A stretch of 50,827 bases of DNA, from positions 1 through 50,827 of the forward strand of contig JAZDPL010000056.1 in the NCBI GenBank assembly GCA_043797665.1, given 5' to 3'. The notes beneath the pieces are model-generated. The model did not search any database, was not told the origin of the DNA, and saw only the letters and a list, made by a program, of their open reading frames with translations. Numbering within the stretch: position 1 is the stretch's first letter; each line of letters opens with the position of its first letter. This document shows, piece by piece, positions 1-9,202 of this stretch. The position numbers were made by a program, and so were the translations under genes. The stretch comes from Candidatus Omnitrophota bacterium. Lineage in GTDB: Bacteria > Ratteibacteria > UBA8468 > MWAK01.

Positions 1-636
1 AGCCTTTAAAACCGCTTCACGTTTTTTCTTCAGCCCTTCCTCATCAATACCGGTCCCGATATCCAGGACCTTGTCAATGTCAAAACCAAAAGCGACGGTA
101 ACCGCAGTCGCGGTAGTGGTATTCCCGATTCCCATATCACCCACGATAATCAGGTCCACCCCTTCTTCAGACGCCTTCTCTCCCAGACTCCTTCCGTAAT
201 TCAAGGCACGTTCTGCTTCCAAACGGTTCATCGCCGGACCCAGGGTGAAATTCTTTGTTCCGCGACCAATCTTAAGAATGGTCAGACCCGGAGTAGGTTC
301 AAAATCGTGCGCGACACCCGCATCCACAACCTGAACCTCGGTATTCGTATGACGGGCAAAAACATTAATCGCTGCCCCACCGGACAAAAAATTGAATACC
401 ATGGCGGTCGTCACCTCCTGAGGGTATGCGGAAACACCTTCTGCCACGACGCCATGGTCACCGGCAAAAACATAAACCCGCTTCTTTTTAGGCAACGCCG
501 GTTTGACGTTTCCCGTAATCATTGCCATCTTAGCGGCAATCTCTTCTAACATCCCTAAACTATGGATGGGCTTGGTAAGATTGTCTAAATGTTTCTGCGC
601 TTTGTTCCACACTCCTTCATCCAGCGATTTTGCCAT
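1..636 (-). CDS. cobT: nicotinate-nucleotide--dimethylbenzimidazole phosphoribosyltransferase (3' end runs off the window)
   Basis: Not in the ORF track. Manual translation from ATG at 636 gives MAKSLDEG...LDNLTKPIHSLGMLEE...VFAGDHGVVAEGVSAYPQEVT...GGAAINV...GDMGIGNTT, which are the characteristic CobT motifs. Confidence 0.93.
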   Translation of the reverse strand, partial: MAKSLDEGVWNKAQKHLDNLTKPIHSLGMLEEIAAKMAMITGNVKPALPKKKRVYVFAGDHGVVAEGVSAYPQEVTTAMVFNFLSGGAAINVFARHTNTEVQVVDAGVAHDFEPTPGLTILKIGRGTKNFTLGPAMNRLEAERALNYGRSLGEKASEEGVDLIIVGDMGIGNTTTATAVTVAFGFDIDKVLDIGTGIDEEGLKKKREAVLKA

Positions 637-1223
637 TCTTCTACCCTCCTTTTGCTAACCATTAAAGATTCTAAATTAAAGATTTCCAGGATGACCATCA
701 GTCCGTCTCTTGAGAAGTTTTCAAGATACTTCAGTTCTTTATCATCTATAATCTCCTGGTGGTCTTCTCCTGCTTTTACACCGGAAAGATGGACTTCCTT
801 TATTTCCGTCCCCAGAAAATAATCCGGTTTCAGTCCGGCAAGAATTGCATGGCCAATATCCAGTGTCATCCGGGAATACCGCGGATAGGTACTAACAAGA
901 TTTTCCAGACTCACGTCTTCCTTACCCGCGATAAACTCCTCCCATTCCGGAATCGGATGCAGGGTGAAATTCATCACCGGTAACTCAGCGTCTTTAAAAA
1001 AGGAATATACGCGCCGGCAATTTGCAACATTATCCGCCGGAAGGTGGACCGTATATTTTAGTTCCAGTTCTCTCAGATACAGCACTTCTTTACCCATCAC
1101 TTTTTCCGTCTCTTCATCCCAGGTGTAGCATAAAAGTTCCACCAGGTCCACAACATCTTCCAGGATTCGGGCATTTTCATAATAAGTACCCGGCTGAACC
1201 CAGGAAGTAGCGCCAATAATCAT
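585..1223 (-). CDS. cobamide-remodelling phosphodiesterase CbiR-like protein (AP endonuclease 2 / xylose isomerase-like TIM barrel)
   Basis: N-terminal GATSWxxP...VDLVEL plus metal-ligand motifs VHLP, TLHP, SLENL, LDIGH, VHLSG, DH and LEIF. Lies between cobU and cobT. Confidence 0.65.
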   Translation of the reverse strand: MIIGATSWVQPGTYYENARILEDVVDLVELLCYTWDEETEKVMGKEVLYLRELELKYTVHLPADNVANCRRVYSFFKDAELPVMNFTLHPIPEWEEFIAGKEDVSLENLVSTYPRYSRMTLDIGHAILAGLKPDYFLGTEIKEVHLSGVKAGEDHQEIIDDKELKYLENFSRDGLMVILEIFNLESLMVSKRRVEEWQNRWMKECGTKRRNI

Positions 1224-1224
1224 T

Positions 1225-1725
1225 TTATTCTTTATCCCCCCTTTTTATTTCCACGGGAATTCCCGCCACCATCAGATAAACTTTTTCTGCTCTTCGGGCC
1301 ATCTCCCGGTTAAGTTCCGCCAGGTGTTCCACATATTCTCTGGTTAGTGCTTGTTCCGGAACAACACCCCAGCCGACCTCGTTGGAAACGAAAATCTCTT
1401 TACCGGTCAATGCTCCTGAAAGTTTTGTAATTTCCCTGTCTACATCCAGTCCGTGGTGGTAAAGATTTGCCAGCCACACGGTGAGACAGTCCACTACCAC
1501 CACCCGGTGCTGCAGCCGGGAAAGAATACCTTGAATGTGCACCGGTTCTTCAAAGAGTTCATATTCGTTGCCCCGGTTCTTCTTATGCCTCTCAATCCGT
1601 GCCTTCATTTCCGGGTCAAACGGCTCCGCAGTAGCCAAAAAGGCACGCGGCTTCGGATGTTTTTCTGCCAGCTGCAAAGCGTAGGCACTCTTTCCGCTCT
1701 TTATTCCACCCAATATCAAAACCAT
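1225..1725 (-). CDS. cobU: bifunctional adenosylcobinamide kinase / adenosylcobinamide-phosphate guanylyltransferase
   Basis: GGIKSGKS P-loop, ATA...D.EM..RI..H, VVDCLTVWLAN and VSNEVGWGVVP. Start reassigned to ATG at 1725 because the longer ORF runs through the riboswitch. Confidence 0.93.
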   Translation of the reverse strand: MVLILGGIKSGKSAYALQLAEKHPKPRAFLATAEPFDPEMKARIERHKKNRGNEYELFEEPVHIQGILSRLQHRVVVVDCLTVWLANLYHHGLDVDREITKLSGALTGKEIFVSNEVGWGVVPEQALTREYVEHLAELNREMARRAEKVYLMVAGIPVEIKRGDKE

Positions 1726-1762
1726 TTTTCCCTTCTCTAAGGGGCTGTCGCAGCCCCTAAAC

Positions 1763-1789
1763 AAAAAAAACCCAACCTTTGCGGTTGGG
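1763..1789 (-). terminator. intrinsic terminator (riboswitch expression platform)
   Basis: Minus strand CCCAACC-GCAAA-GGTTGGG followed by T8, between the aptamer and cobU. Confidence 0.85.
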
Positions 1790-1802
1790 TAATTATCACC
1801 CT

Positions 1803-1920
1803 TCCCTTTCCGCGAAGGTACTTTCCGGAATAAGAAATCGACCGGGCTAACCCTTTCGGGCATTACCGTTGCGGGACAGCAGGAGGAATCACACCTCCAC
1901 TTCCTTTCCCTATCCGGTTA
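1803..1920 (-). ncRNA. cobalamin riboswitch (short, class II-like)
   Basis: Minus strand GGAAGTGGAGGTGTGATTCCTCCTGCTGTCCCGCAACGGTAA...AGCCCGGTCGA core. The downstream hairpin CCTTCGCGGAAAGG has a loop that can kiss the CCCGC loop. Upstream of cob genes. Confidence 0.88.
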
Positions 1921-1951
1921 TCCTCTACTTTTTCTTTATTTTTCCTCAACT

Positions 1952-1981
1952 ATTCTACCCTACTTCTATTGCATCTGTCAA
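1952..1981 (-). promoter_or_regulatory. sigma70-type promoter for the cob operon
   Basis: TTGACA-18-TAGAAT on the minus strand. Confidence 0.6.
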
Positions 1982-1997
1982 GAATTTAGGATAAAAT
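1969..1997 (+). promoter_or_regulatory. sigma70-type promoter, probably leaderless
   Basis: TTGCAT-17-TAAAAT, 7 nt before the ATG at 2005. Confidence 0.55.
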
Positions 1998-2004
1998 ACT
2001 TAAG

Positions 2005-2748
2005 ATGATGCAGGCATATATCCTTTTAGGCGGGTTAGGTACCAGGCTGCGGCCGCTGACCAATATCGTTCCCAAACCTCTCCTGCCCCTGGCGGGTAAA
2101 CCCTTTTTGTGGTATCAGTTAAAACTACTATCCCTTCATAACGTCAAAGACGTCGTTCTGGGGTTGGGATACGCCGCCCAGAAGTTTGAAAAAGAACTGG
2201 AAAGTATCAAAATGCAGGGGCTTGGGGATTTGAAAATTAAGGTAGTAGTGGAAAAAGAACCTTTGGGAACCGGAGGTGGCATCGCATTAGCATCTCCATA
2301 CTTAACTCAACCAACCTTCATCCTCAACGGTGACGTACTCACTGACCTTAATCTTTCCGCCATGGCTGAATTCCATAAAAAGACCAGGGCTGCGGTTACC
2401 ATTGCGGTTACGTTTGTTCCTCACCCCAAACGTTACGGCCTGGTCTTTTTTGGAAAAGATTGCCAAATCAGGGAGTTTAAGGAAAAACCGGGTGAAGTGC
2501 CGGGGAAAGGCTGGATTAACGCCGGGGTTTACATATTTGAACCGGGGATAACCCTGAAAATTCCCAAAAACAAGCCCTACTCTCTGGAAAGAGGGTTATT
2601 TCCATCCCTGCTCAAAGAAAAAGAGACTCTCTTTGCCTATCCCCACTCCGGATACTGGCTTGACATCGGAACTCTCCATGCTTACATGCAAGCCAAAGCG
2701 GACATCAAAGACGGGCGGTTTGCTTTTCAACCGGTAAGTGGTGTATAA
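2005..2748 (+). CDS. NDP-sugar pyrophosphorylase / mannose-1-phosphate guanylyltransferase-like nucleotidyltransferase
   Basis: GGLGTRLRPLT...PKPLLP, EPLGTGG, NGDVL, FKEKP, INAGVY and YWLDIGT. Confidence 0.88.
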   Translation: MMQAYILLGGLGTRLRPLTNIVPKPLLPLAGKPFLWYQLKLLSLHNVKDVVLGLGYAAQKFEKELESIKMQGLGDLKIKVVVEKEPLGTGGGIALASPYLTQPTFILNGDVLTDLNLSAMAEFHKKTRAAVTIAVTFVPHPKRYGLVFFGKDCQIREFKEKPGEVPGKGWINAGVYIFEPGITLKIPKNKPYSLERGLFPSLLKEKETLFAYPHSGYWLDIGTLHAYMQAKADIKDGRFAFQPVSGV

Positions 2749-2757
2749 TAAATTACA

Positions 2758-2943
2758 ATGGAAAACGAAGAACTGGCCATACTGGACAAAATTAAACCGG
2801 AAACCAATATTTACCGCCTGGTGGTCGCCATTTCAGAAAAAGCCCGTCATCTAAACCGCAACAAATTGGAAAACCGAAGGAGTAATCCCATTAAAGAAGT
2901 ATTACACGAAATTCTGGAAGAAAAGGAACCTCTGGATTTTTAA
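2758..2943 (+). CDS. rpoZ: RNA polymerase omega subunit-like protein
   Basis: 61 aa. NIYRLVVAISEKARHL...NPIKEVLHEI matches the omega pattern (Y.LV.....RA..L ... P...AL.EI). Confidence 0.6.
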   Translation: MENEELAILDKIKPETNIYRLVVAISEKARHLNRNKLENRRSNPIKEVLHEILEEKEPLDF

Positions 2944-2952
2944 GGGCCCTAA

Positions 2953-3696
2953 ATGCTCTCGGTTCAGCAGAAATTATCTTCCATCCTGGTCGCGATTACA
3001 TTACTTGCCTGGCTCTGGGAAGGAACCGCGTGGAATGCCGAAGATGTTGAAAGTTTAGTCTTAAAAGGAGCCTTCCGCAGGGCGATTCAGACGTACGGTG
3101 ACTCCAACACTTTGACCGCGAATGAATACTACTTTTTAGCGGTCTGTTATCTGGAAATAGGTGACCTTAAAAGTGCGGAAACTATTTTACAGAAACTTCT
3201 CTCTTCTTCAGAAAAAGAACGATGTCTCCTGGCGCTGGCACATTTAAAAAATGCGGAAGGTTCTTTTTCGGAAAGCGAACAGTTTTTCCGCCAATTTATC
3301 AGTGAATTTCCCAAAAGTCAGCAACAACCAGCCGGACTTTTTGGTCTGTCAGAAGTACTTTTTCAAAAAAAGAATACCCCCGAAGGAGTGGAAATTCTTC
3401 TCCGGTTGAGGCGTAATTATCCGCTCAGTTCCGAAGCGGAAAAGAGCCTGGAAATTTTGAACCGGGAATTGGGGCCTTTTGCGCTACAGGTCGGTGCTTT
3501 CAGCGAAATGGCGCGGGCAGAAAAGGTACGCGACGATTTGAGTGCCAAAGGGTATAACGCTTATATCGTCCGCAGCGTCGATACTTCTCTAATTTATCGG
3601 GTCCGCTTCGGAAATTTCAAGGAGAGGATAAAAGCGGAATCTGCGGGCCAGGCTTTGAAGGCTGCCACCGGCCTGGACTTTCGTGTAGTGAGGTGA
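2953..3696 (+). CDS. secreted TPR + SPOR domain protein
   Basis: Signal peptide, TPR-like helices (F...FP.S; YP.S..A) and a C-terminal SPOR motif LQVGAF...YRVRFG.F. Confidence 0.8.
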   Translation: MLSVQQKLSSILVAITLLAWLWEGTAWNAEDVESLVLKGAFRRAIQTYGDSNTLTANEYYFLAVCYLEIGDLKSAETILQKLLSSSEKERCLLALAHLKNAEGSFSESEQFFRQFISEFPKSQQQPAGLFGLSEVLFQKKNTPEGVEILLRLRRNYPLSSEAEKSLEILNRELGPFALQVGAFSEMARAEKVRDDLSAKGYNAYIVRSVDTSLIYRVRFGNFKERIKAESAGQALKAATGLDFRVVR

Positions 3697-3700
3697 GAAT

Positions 3701-4795
3701 ATGACAGCACTAACCGAGATTCTTCAGGAATGCGTGACAAAAGATGCAACCGACCTCCATCTGAAGGCCGGTAAACCTCCCATACTGCGTATCAGCAACG
3801 ACCTGGTATTTACAAAGTTCCCCCCTCTCACCCAGGAAAACCTCCAGCAGTATCTGGATGAAATAACCACGCCCAAACAGCGGGAAAAACTGGAAAATGA
3901 AAAAGAGTTGGACTTCAGTCACGGCTTTAAGAACTTAGGACGTTTCCGAATCAATGTCTATTTTCAACGCGGAACCAACGGGATCGCTCTGCGTCGTATC
4001 CGGGGTCAAATCCCGTCATTTGAAGAATTGGAATTACCGCCGGTACTGACAAACATAGCCGGTTTTGACAGCGGACTGGTGCTGGTTGCCGGTCCGACCA
4101 GTTCGGGTAAATCGACCACCATCGCCGCCATGGTCGACTATATCAACCAGACTCAACAGGTACACATAATCACCGTGGAGGACCCGATTGAATACCTCTT
4201 TACCGACAAAAAATCGGTGGTAAACCAGCGGGAAGTCGGAGTAGACACCAATTCCTTCCACAACGCCCTAAAGTATGTGATGCGGGAAGACCCGGATATA
4301 ATCGTCATCGGAGAAATGCGCGATACCGAAACCTTTGAAGCCGCCCTGACTGCCTCAGAAACCGGCCACCTGGTCATGTCCACGGTCCACGCTATGGACA
4401 CCATCAGCATTATCACCCGTATTCTGGACTTTTTCCCCAGTAACCTCCACGAACAGGTGAGGAAACAATTAGCCTATCATATCAAAGCGTCCATCTGCCA
4501 GAAACTCTTGCCCCGGAGTGACCGCACCGGACTTATTCCGGCGGTAGAGGTAATGGTTGCCACCCCTACCATCATTAAGTTAATTCAAGAAGACAAAATT
4601 CTTAAAATTCCCGCCGGAATGCGTGCGGAAAAAACCCTTGGTATGCAAACTTTTAATGATGCCCTGATTAAATTGCTTAACGGCAAGAAGATTACCGAAG
4701 CGGTAGCCTTTGCGGCCAGTCCTAACCCGGATGCACTAAAGATGAACCTCCAGGGAATATTCTTAGACGAGGATACCCGGATTCTTGGAATGTAA
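3701..4795 (+). CDS. pilT: PilT/PilU family type IV pilus retraction ATPase
   Basis: TDLHL, RFRIN, GPTSSGKSTT, EDPIE, QREVG, REDPD...GEMRD, ETGHLV and GMQTF. The AIRNLIRE motif is degenerate (TIIKLIQE), so it could be PilU-like. Confidence 0.85.
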   Translation: MTALTEILQECVTKDATDLHLKAGKPPILRISNDLVFTKFPPLTQENLQQYLDEITTPKQREKLENEKELDFSHGFKNLGRFRINVYFQRGTNGIALRRIRGQIPSFEELELPPVLTNIAGFDSGLVLVAGPTSSGKSTTIAAMVDYINQTQQVHIITVEDPIEYLFTDKKSVVNQREVGVDTNSFHNALKYVMREDPDIIVIGEMRDTETFEAALTASETGHLVMSTVHAMDTISIITRILDFFPSNLHEQVRKQLAYHIKASICQKLLPRSDRTGLIPAVEVMVATPTIIKLIQEDKILKIPAGMRAEKTLGMQTFNDALIKLLNGKKITEAVAFAASPNPDALKMNLQGIFLDEDTRILGM

Positions 4796-4810
4796 GGGGT
4801 TGACCCCTAC

Positions 4811-5551
4811 GTGAAAATGGTACCCTTCAAAAAAGTCCCCCTATCTGGTGCGGCACCGGTTGCCTGGAATCTCCGCTTTATTCTTCCGGTATGCCTGCTG
4901 GCTTTAGGTATCTCCGGTATAAGTTTGCTTGTTCTCCACCTCGTCCTGCCCCCGGCAGGAGGCGCATCTTTTCACCTCCTGGCATTTCAGTCCCTCCTTC
5001 AAACCGTCCTTATTGAAGGAAGCCTTACTTTTGCCATTCTTATCCTGATGAACCGGCACCACTTTGGAATCTGGCAGTTAGGTATGAACAAATGGTCTCA
5101 AAATTATGTCCGAACCGGTCTCCAGGCATATCTTTTTATTACGCCGGCCCTGGCTTTACTCGGTCTTCTTTTGAGTCTTTTCCGCAATACAATATTACCC
5201 GACCAGGAGATTTATTATATCCTGTTAGGATTAACTTCCCTGCCTCTGGCGTTATTCTTTCTTTTTATCATTGGATTCCTGGCGCCTTTTCTGGAAGAGA
5301 TTATCTTCCGCGGATTCCTCTTTGGAACGATGCGTTCCAACTTCGGGCCCCGGCGTTCCATGGTTTACTCCAGTTTACTCTTTGCTGCCTTACACCAGTC
5401 GCTAATCGCCTTTATCCCCATCCTCTTTTTAGCCTTTATTCTTGCCTATCTTTACGAGAAGACCGGTTCTCTCTGGCCCTCAATCGTGCTTCATATCATA
5501 AACAACACCGTAGCGACGGTCGTCGCTATTGTGTTCCGCCATTCAATATGA
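4811..5551 (+). CDS. CPBP family intramembrane glutamic endopeptidase (CAAX protease-like)
   Basis: Multi-TM protein with EEIIFRG, FAALH and HIINN motifs. Confidence 0.88.
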   Translation: MKMVPFKKVPLSGAAPVAWNLRFILPVCLLALGISGISLLVLHLVLPPAGGASFHLLAFQSLLQTVLIEGSLTFAILILMNRHHFGIWQLGMNKWSQNYVRTGLQAYLFITPALALLGLLLSLFRNTILPDQEIYYILLGLTSLPLALFFLFIIGFLAPFLEEIIFRGFLFGTMRSNFGPRRSMVYSSLLFAALHQSLIAFIPILFLAFILAYLYEKTGSLWPSIVLHIINNTVATVVAIVFRHSI

Positions 5552-6849
5552 AATGTCTGGTAATCGGTTCCGGAGGCAGAGAACATACCTTAGCCTGGAA
5601 GATGGCCCAGAGCAGACACGTCCGGAATCTTTTTATTGCGCCCGGTAACGCCGGCACCGGCGAAATCGGAACCAACGTCCCGGTTCCGGCGGAAGATGTC
5701 CCGGCTCTCCTCTCCCTGGCACAGAAAGAGATGTTTGACCTGACCGTGGTCGGACCGGAAGTACCCCTGGCTGAAGGTATCGTAAATACTTTCCGGAAAG
5801 CAGGGCTGCCTGTTTTTGGACCTACCCGGGAAGCGGCCCGGTTAGAAAACTCCAAATCCTTTGCCAAAGAGTTTTTGAACCGGCACCGGATTCCTACCGC
5901 TGATTTTCAGTCTGCGGCGTCGGGCTCAGAAGCCGCTGATATTTTAAAAGAATGGGGCGATAAACCCGCGGTCATTAAAGCCGACGGTCTGGCTGCCGGC
6001 AAAGGGGTCTTCATCTGTGACGACCGGAAAGAAAAAGAGACAGCGCTCCGCCAAATTTTTGATGAGAAAATCTTTGGCTCTGCAGGAGAAAGGGTAGTCA
6101 TCGAAGAAAAATTGGAAGGGGAAGAAGCGTCCTTTCTGGTCATTACCGACGGGGAAAAATATTACCATTTCCCACCCGCCCAGGACCATAAGAAAATCGG
6201 AGAGAACGATACCGGTCCCAACACCGGTGGCATGGGCGCCATCGTCCCAAACCCCTTTTTAAACGACGCTCTCCAACAACAAATCATCCGGGAAATCATT
6301 GAACCGACCATTACCGGACTGCTCAAGGACGGAATCGTCTACCGGGGCATCCTTTACGCCGGTATAATCTTAACCCGGGAAGGACCCAGGGTTTTGGAAT
6401 TTAACGCCCGTTTTGGAGACCCGGAAACCCAGGCAATCCTTCCCCTTCTGGAAAGTGACCTTTTTGAGTTATTATTAAGTTCCGCTCAGGGTAATCTTGT
6501 CGGTCATAAACCCGATTTCCGAAAAGGGGCTGCCTGCTGTGTTATCTTAGCATCAGAGGGTTATCCGGGACAATATCAGAAGAACAAAGAGATTTTTGGC
6601 TTGAAGGCGCTCTCCAACGATAAAGATGTTGTGGTCTTTCACGCCGGAACCAGAAAAGAAAACGAAAAGGTGTATACCAGCGGCGGCCGTGTTTTAGGGG
6701 TGACCGGTGCCGGAGACACCCTGTCTGAAGCGATTGAAAAAACATACCAGGGTGTAAATAAAATCAGTTTTGAAGGGGTCTACTTCCGGAGAGACATCGG
6801 TCGGAAAGGCTTAAATCTCCCTTTTCCCCCATTTGCTGTAGGGGCTTGA
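5548..6849 (+). CDS. purD: phosphoribosylamine--glycine ligase
   Basis: MKCLVIGSGGREH, VGPE.PL..G, KADGLAAGKGV, QDHK, GPNTGGMGA and EFNARFGDPE. True start is the ATG at 5548. Confidence 0.96.
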   Translation: MKCLVIGSGGREHTLAWKMAQSRHVRNLFIAPGNAGTGEIGTNVPVPAEDVPALLSLAQKEMFDLTVVGPEVPLAEGIVNTFRKAGLPVFGPTREAARLENSKSFAKEFLNRHRIPTADFQSAASGSEAADILKEWGDKPAVIKADGLAAGKGVFICDDRKEKETALRQIFDEKIFGSAGERVVIEEKLEGEEASFLVITDGEKYYHFPPAQDHKKIGENDTGPNTGGMGAIVPNPFLNDALQQQIIREIIEPTITGLLKDGIVYRGILYAGIILTREGPRVLEFNARFGDPETQAILPLLESDLFELLLSSAQGNLVGHKPDFRKGAACCVILASEGYPGQYQKNKEIFGLKALSNDKDVVVFHAGTRKENEKVYTSGGRVLGVTGAGDTLSEAIEKTYQGVNKISFEGVYFRRDIGRKGLNLPFPPFAVGA

Positions 6850-6900
6850 TTTATCAAGCCCGCGGGTCGGATAAATCCGACCCCTACATTTGGGGGATTT
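6812..6900. repeat. GTAG-type REP doublet (6838-6887) nested inside a CCCCC/GGGGG-type palindrome
   Basis: GTAGGGGCTTGATTTATCAAGCCC-GC-GGGTCGGATAAATCCGACCCCTAC, flanked by AAATCTCCCTTTTCCCCC and GGGGGATTT. Confidence 0.85.
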
Positions 6901-6936
6901 GACTTAAAACCTTATCTTTGGTAAAATTTCCTCACT

Positions 6937-7692
6937 ATGGAAGAAAGAGCCGCGGTCCTGAAAATTGAAAACCTGAATAAGGTCTTCCATTTAGGAAGGA
7001 AAAAAGACGTCTCTGTGGTTAACTCACTGTCGTTAGAAATAAGAGAACGCGAAATCTTCGGCCTCTTAGGACCAAACGGGAGCGGAAAGACAACCACTCT
7101 GAAATTGCTCCTGGGACTCCTCTTTCCCACCAGCGGTCAGATTCAAATCTTCGGCAAAAACAGTACGGATATCACGATCAAAAACGATATCGGATACCTG
7201 CCGGAGAATCCCTATTATTACCGTTACCTTACCGGCGGCGAACTCCTGAATTTCTACGGTCAAATCTTTGGATTGCCGCCGGACGTTCTAAAAGAAAAAA
7301 GAGAGAATTTACTGAAATTGGTTGGCTTAACAAAAGTACACCGTCTCGCTTTAAAACATTATTCGAAAGGCATGCTGGAACGTATCGGCCTGGCGGTCGC
7401 TCTTTTGAACGACCCGAAATTCTTAATTCTTGATGAACCGACCACCGGTCTTGACCCCATCGGCAGCCGGGAGACCCGGGACCTCATTCTCAAATTGCAG
7501 GCTGAGGGCAAAACAATTCTTCTTTCCAGCCATTACCTCTCAGAAGTGGAAAGGGTCTGCACCCGCATCGGGATTTTGCACCAGGGAAGACTTTTAGCCT
7601 GCGGAACCCTTCCCGAATTAATAACCTCCTGGCAGGCAGACGATATCGAGGACCTCTTCGTAAAGGTGACCCAATGTTCAAACCCTACATAA
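6937..7692 (+). CDS. ABC transporter ATP-binding protein (PilH-like)
   Basis: GPNGSGKTT, YSKGM signature, ILDEPTTGLDP and SSH. Confidence 0.92.
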   Translation: MEERAAVLKIENLNKVFHLGRKKDVSVVNSLSLEIREREIFGLLGPNGSGKTTTLKLLLGLLFPTSGQIQIFGKNSTDITIKNDIGYLPENPYYYRYLTGGELLNFYGQIFGLPPDVLKEKRENLLKLVGLTKVHRLALKHYSKGMLERIGLAVALLNDPKFLILDEPTTGLDPIGSRETRDLILKLQAEGKTILLSSHYLSEVERVCTRIGILHQGRLLACGTLPELITSWQADDIEDLFVKVTQCSNPT

Positions 7693-8438
7693 TCGCCCGG
7701 AATACCTTTCAGGAAGCACTCCGGCTACGGAGTTACCAGATAATCCTGGTTTTTGCCCTGCTCCTTTTAGGGTGCAGCCAGTTATTCTCTTTCCTTACTC
7801 CGGAAGAACAGTTGAAGATGATCAAAGACGTTTCCCTTTCCGGCATTGAGGTCTTCGGCGTACTTTTAGCTATTCTCACCGCGATGACTTCATTACGGAG
7901 CGAATTTGAAACCAACACCATCTCCACGCTTCTTTCCAAACCTCTCCGGCGTTCCGATTTTATTCTGGGTAAATTTTTGGGAATAGTAGCGGTCATTACC
8001 CTGAGTGTGGTTCTGATGGCTCTGGTCTTCGCCGGACTGATTCTTTTCAAACAACATTCCTTTGAGGTCGGCCTTGTTTCCGCCCTCTTCCTTATCTGGG
8101 CAGAGATGGTGGTTATTACCGCCATTACTTTAGCGGTAGCCGCTTTTGCCTCCACCGCCTTCACCTTAATCTTTGTCCTTTTCCTCTTCTTGGTAGGGCA
8201 CCTTACCGGGTACGGAATCTCTTTATCGGAACAGACAAAGAACCCTTTTATTAAGGTAATAACCCGGTTCTTTTATAAGATTATCCCCAATTTTGAAAAT
8301 TTTGCTGTTCGCGACCAGGTGGTCGTGGGACTTGAAGTACCTGCCACTTATATCCTTAAGACTTTTGGCTACGGCTTAATCTACACCGCGATCGCTCTCT
8401 TTCTCTGTTTCTATTTCTTCCAGTATCGTGAAGTATAA
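7674..8438 (+). CDS. ABC-2 type permease (PilI/NosY-like)
   Basis: IARNTF.E, E....TI..LLSKP..R..FILGKF and about 6 TM segments. Confidence 0.85.
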   Translation: MFKPYIIARNTFQEALRLRSYQIILVFALLLLGCSQLFSFLTPEEQLKMIKDVSLSGIEVFGVLLAILTAMTSLRSEFETNTISTLLSKPLRRSDFILGKFLGIVAVITLSVVLMALVFAGLILFKQHSFEVGLVSALFLIWAEMVVITAITLAVAAFASTAFTLIFVLFLFLVGHLTGYGISLSEQTKNPFIKVITRFFYKIIPNFENFAVRDQVVVGLEVPATYILKTFGYGLIYTAIALFLCFYFFQYREV

Positions 8439-8455
8439 GGGGTTGCTCAATAAAA

Positions 8456-9151
8456 ATGCCATCCAGGAGAAAGTCCCGGATTAAAATAATTACCGCCATC
8501 GTCATTCTTTTTCTCGTCCTTTCTCCTCTGCAGGATACCATAGACCGACAGCGGAAGATGATGGGATTTGAACAAAGACTCCTTCTGATGCCGGGTCAAA
8601 TTGTGGGAAGTCTGGTATTAGGCGGGTTCCGGGGCTTAGCGGCCGATTTACTCTGGATTCAGGTGGAAACCCTCTTCCACTCGGGCGAACAATACAAGAT
8701 ATTGCCCATCTTTAAAGCGGTCACTTTCCTCCAGCCGAATTTCATCACTCCCTGGGCGGTCGGCGGCTGGCACTTAGCCTATAATATTTCGGTGATGGCA
8801 AAAACTGCCGAAGAAAAACAACGCTGGATCCAGGCGGGTCTTGACTTTTTGAAAGAGGGCATCTCCTACAATCCGGAACGGTATGACCTTTATTTTGAAT
8901 TGGGCTGGACCTATTACCACAAAGTAAAGAACTATGCGGAGACGGTGAAATATCTGGAATTAGCCTGCAAGTTTCCCCGGCCGGAATATGTGGATGACGT
9001 CCTGGCTCACGCCTACGAAAAGAACGGCGAGATTGATAAAGCATTGGCAAAATGGAGGGAAATCGCTAAAACCGACTCGCCTTTCCGGACCATCGCCCTT
9101 CGGATGATTCACAACCTTTTGACTTACCGCACCACCAACAAACCGGAATAA
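8456..9151 (+). CDS. membrane-anchored TPR protein
   Basis: N-terminal TM, LGGFRGLAADLLW, LQP.F...W, GI..NP....LYFELGW and TPR-like helices. Confidence 0.7.
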   Translation: MPSRRKSRIKIITAIVILFLVLSPLQDTIDRQRKMMGFEQRLLLMPGQIVGSLVLGGFRGLAADLLWIQVETLFHSGEQYKILPIFKAVTFLQPNFITPWAVGGWHLAYNISVMAKTAEEKQRWIQAGLDFLKEGISYNPERYDLYFELGWTYYHKVKNYAETVKYLELACKFPRPEYVDDVLAHAYEKNGEIDKALAKWREIAKTDSPFRTIALRMIHNLLTYRTTNKPE

Positions 9152-9158
9152 CTAAGCT

Positions 9159-9197
9159 GTCATTCTGACCCTTGAGCGAAGCGAAGGGGAAGAATCT
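9159..9197. repeat. GTCATTCTGA...GAAGAATCT palindromic repeat with a nested hairpin
   Basis: GTCATTCTGA-CCCTTGAGCGAAGCGAAGGG-GAAGAATCT. Confidence 0.7.
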
Positions 9198-9202
9198 AAT
9201 CA

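Noticed and set aside
1726..1863. N-terminal extension of CobU
   Set aside because: It runs through the riboswitch and terminator. The P-loop start is at 1725.
5092..5547. 152-aa N-terminal extension of PurD in the ORF track
   Set aside because: It overlaps the CPBP gene in another frame. The canonical PurD start MKCLVIGSGGREH is at 5548.
4811..5551. CPBP (Abi) protein as a phage-defence gene
   Set aside because: The family name is historical, and the gene is embedded in a housekeeping run overlapping purD.
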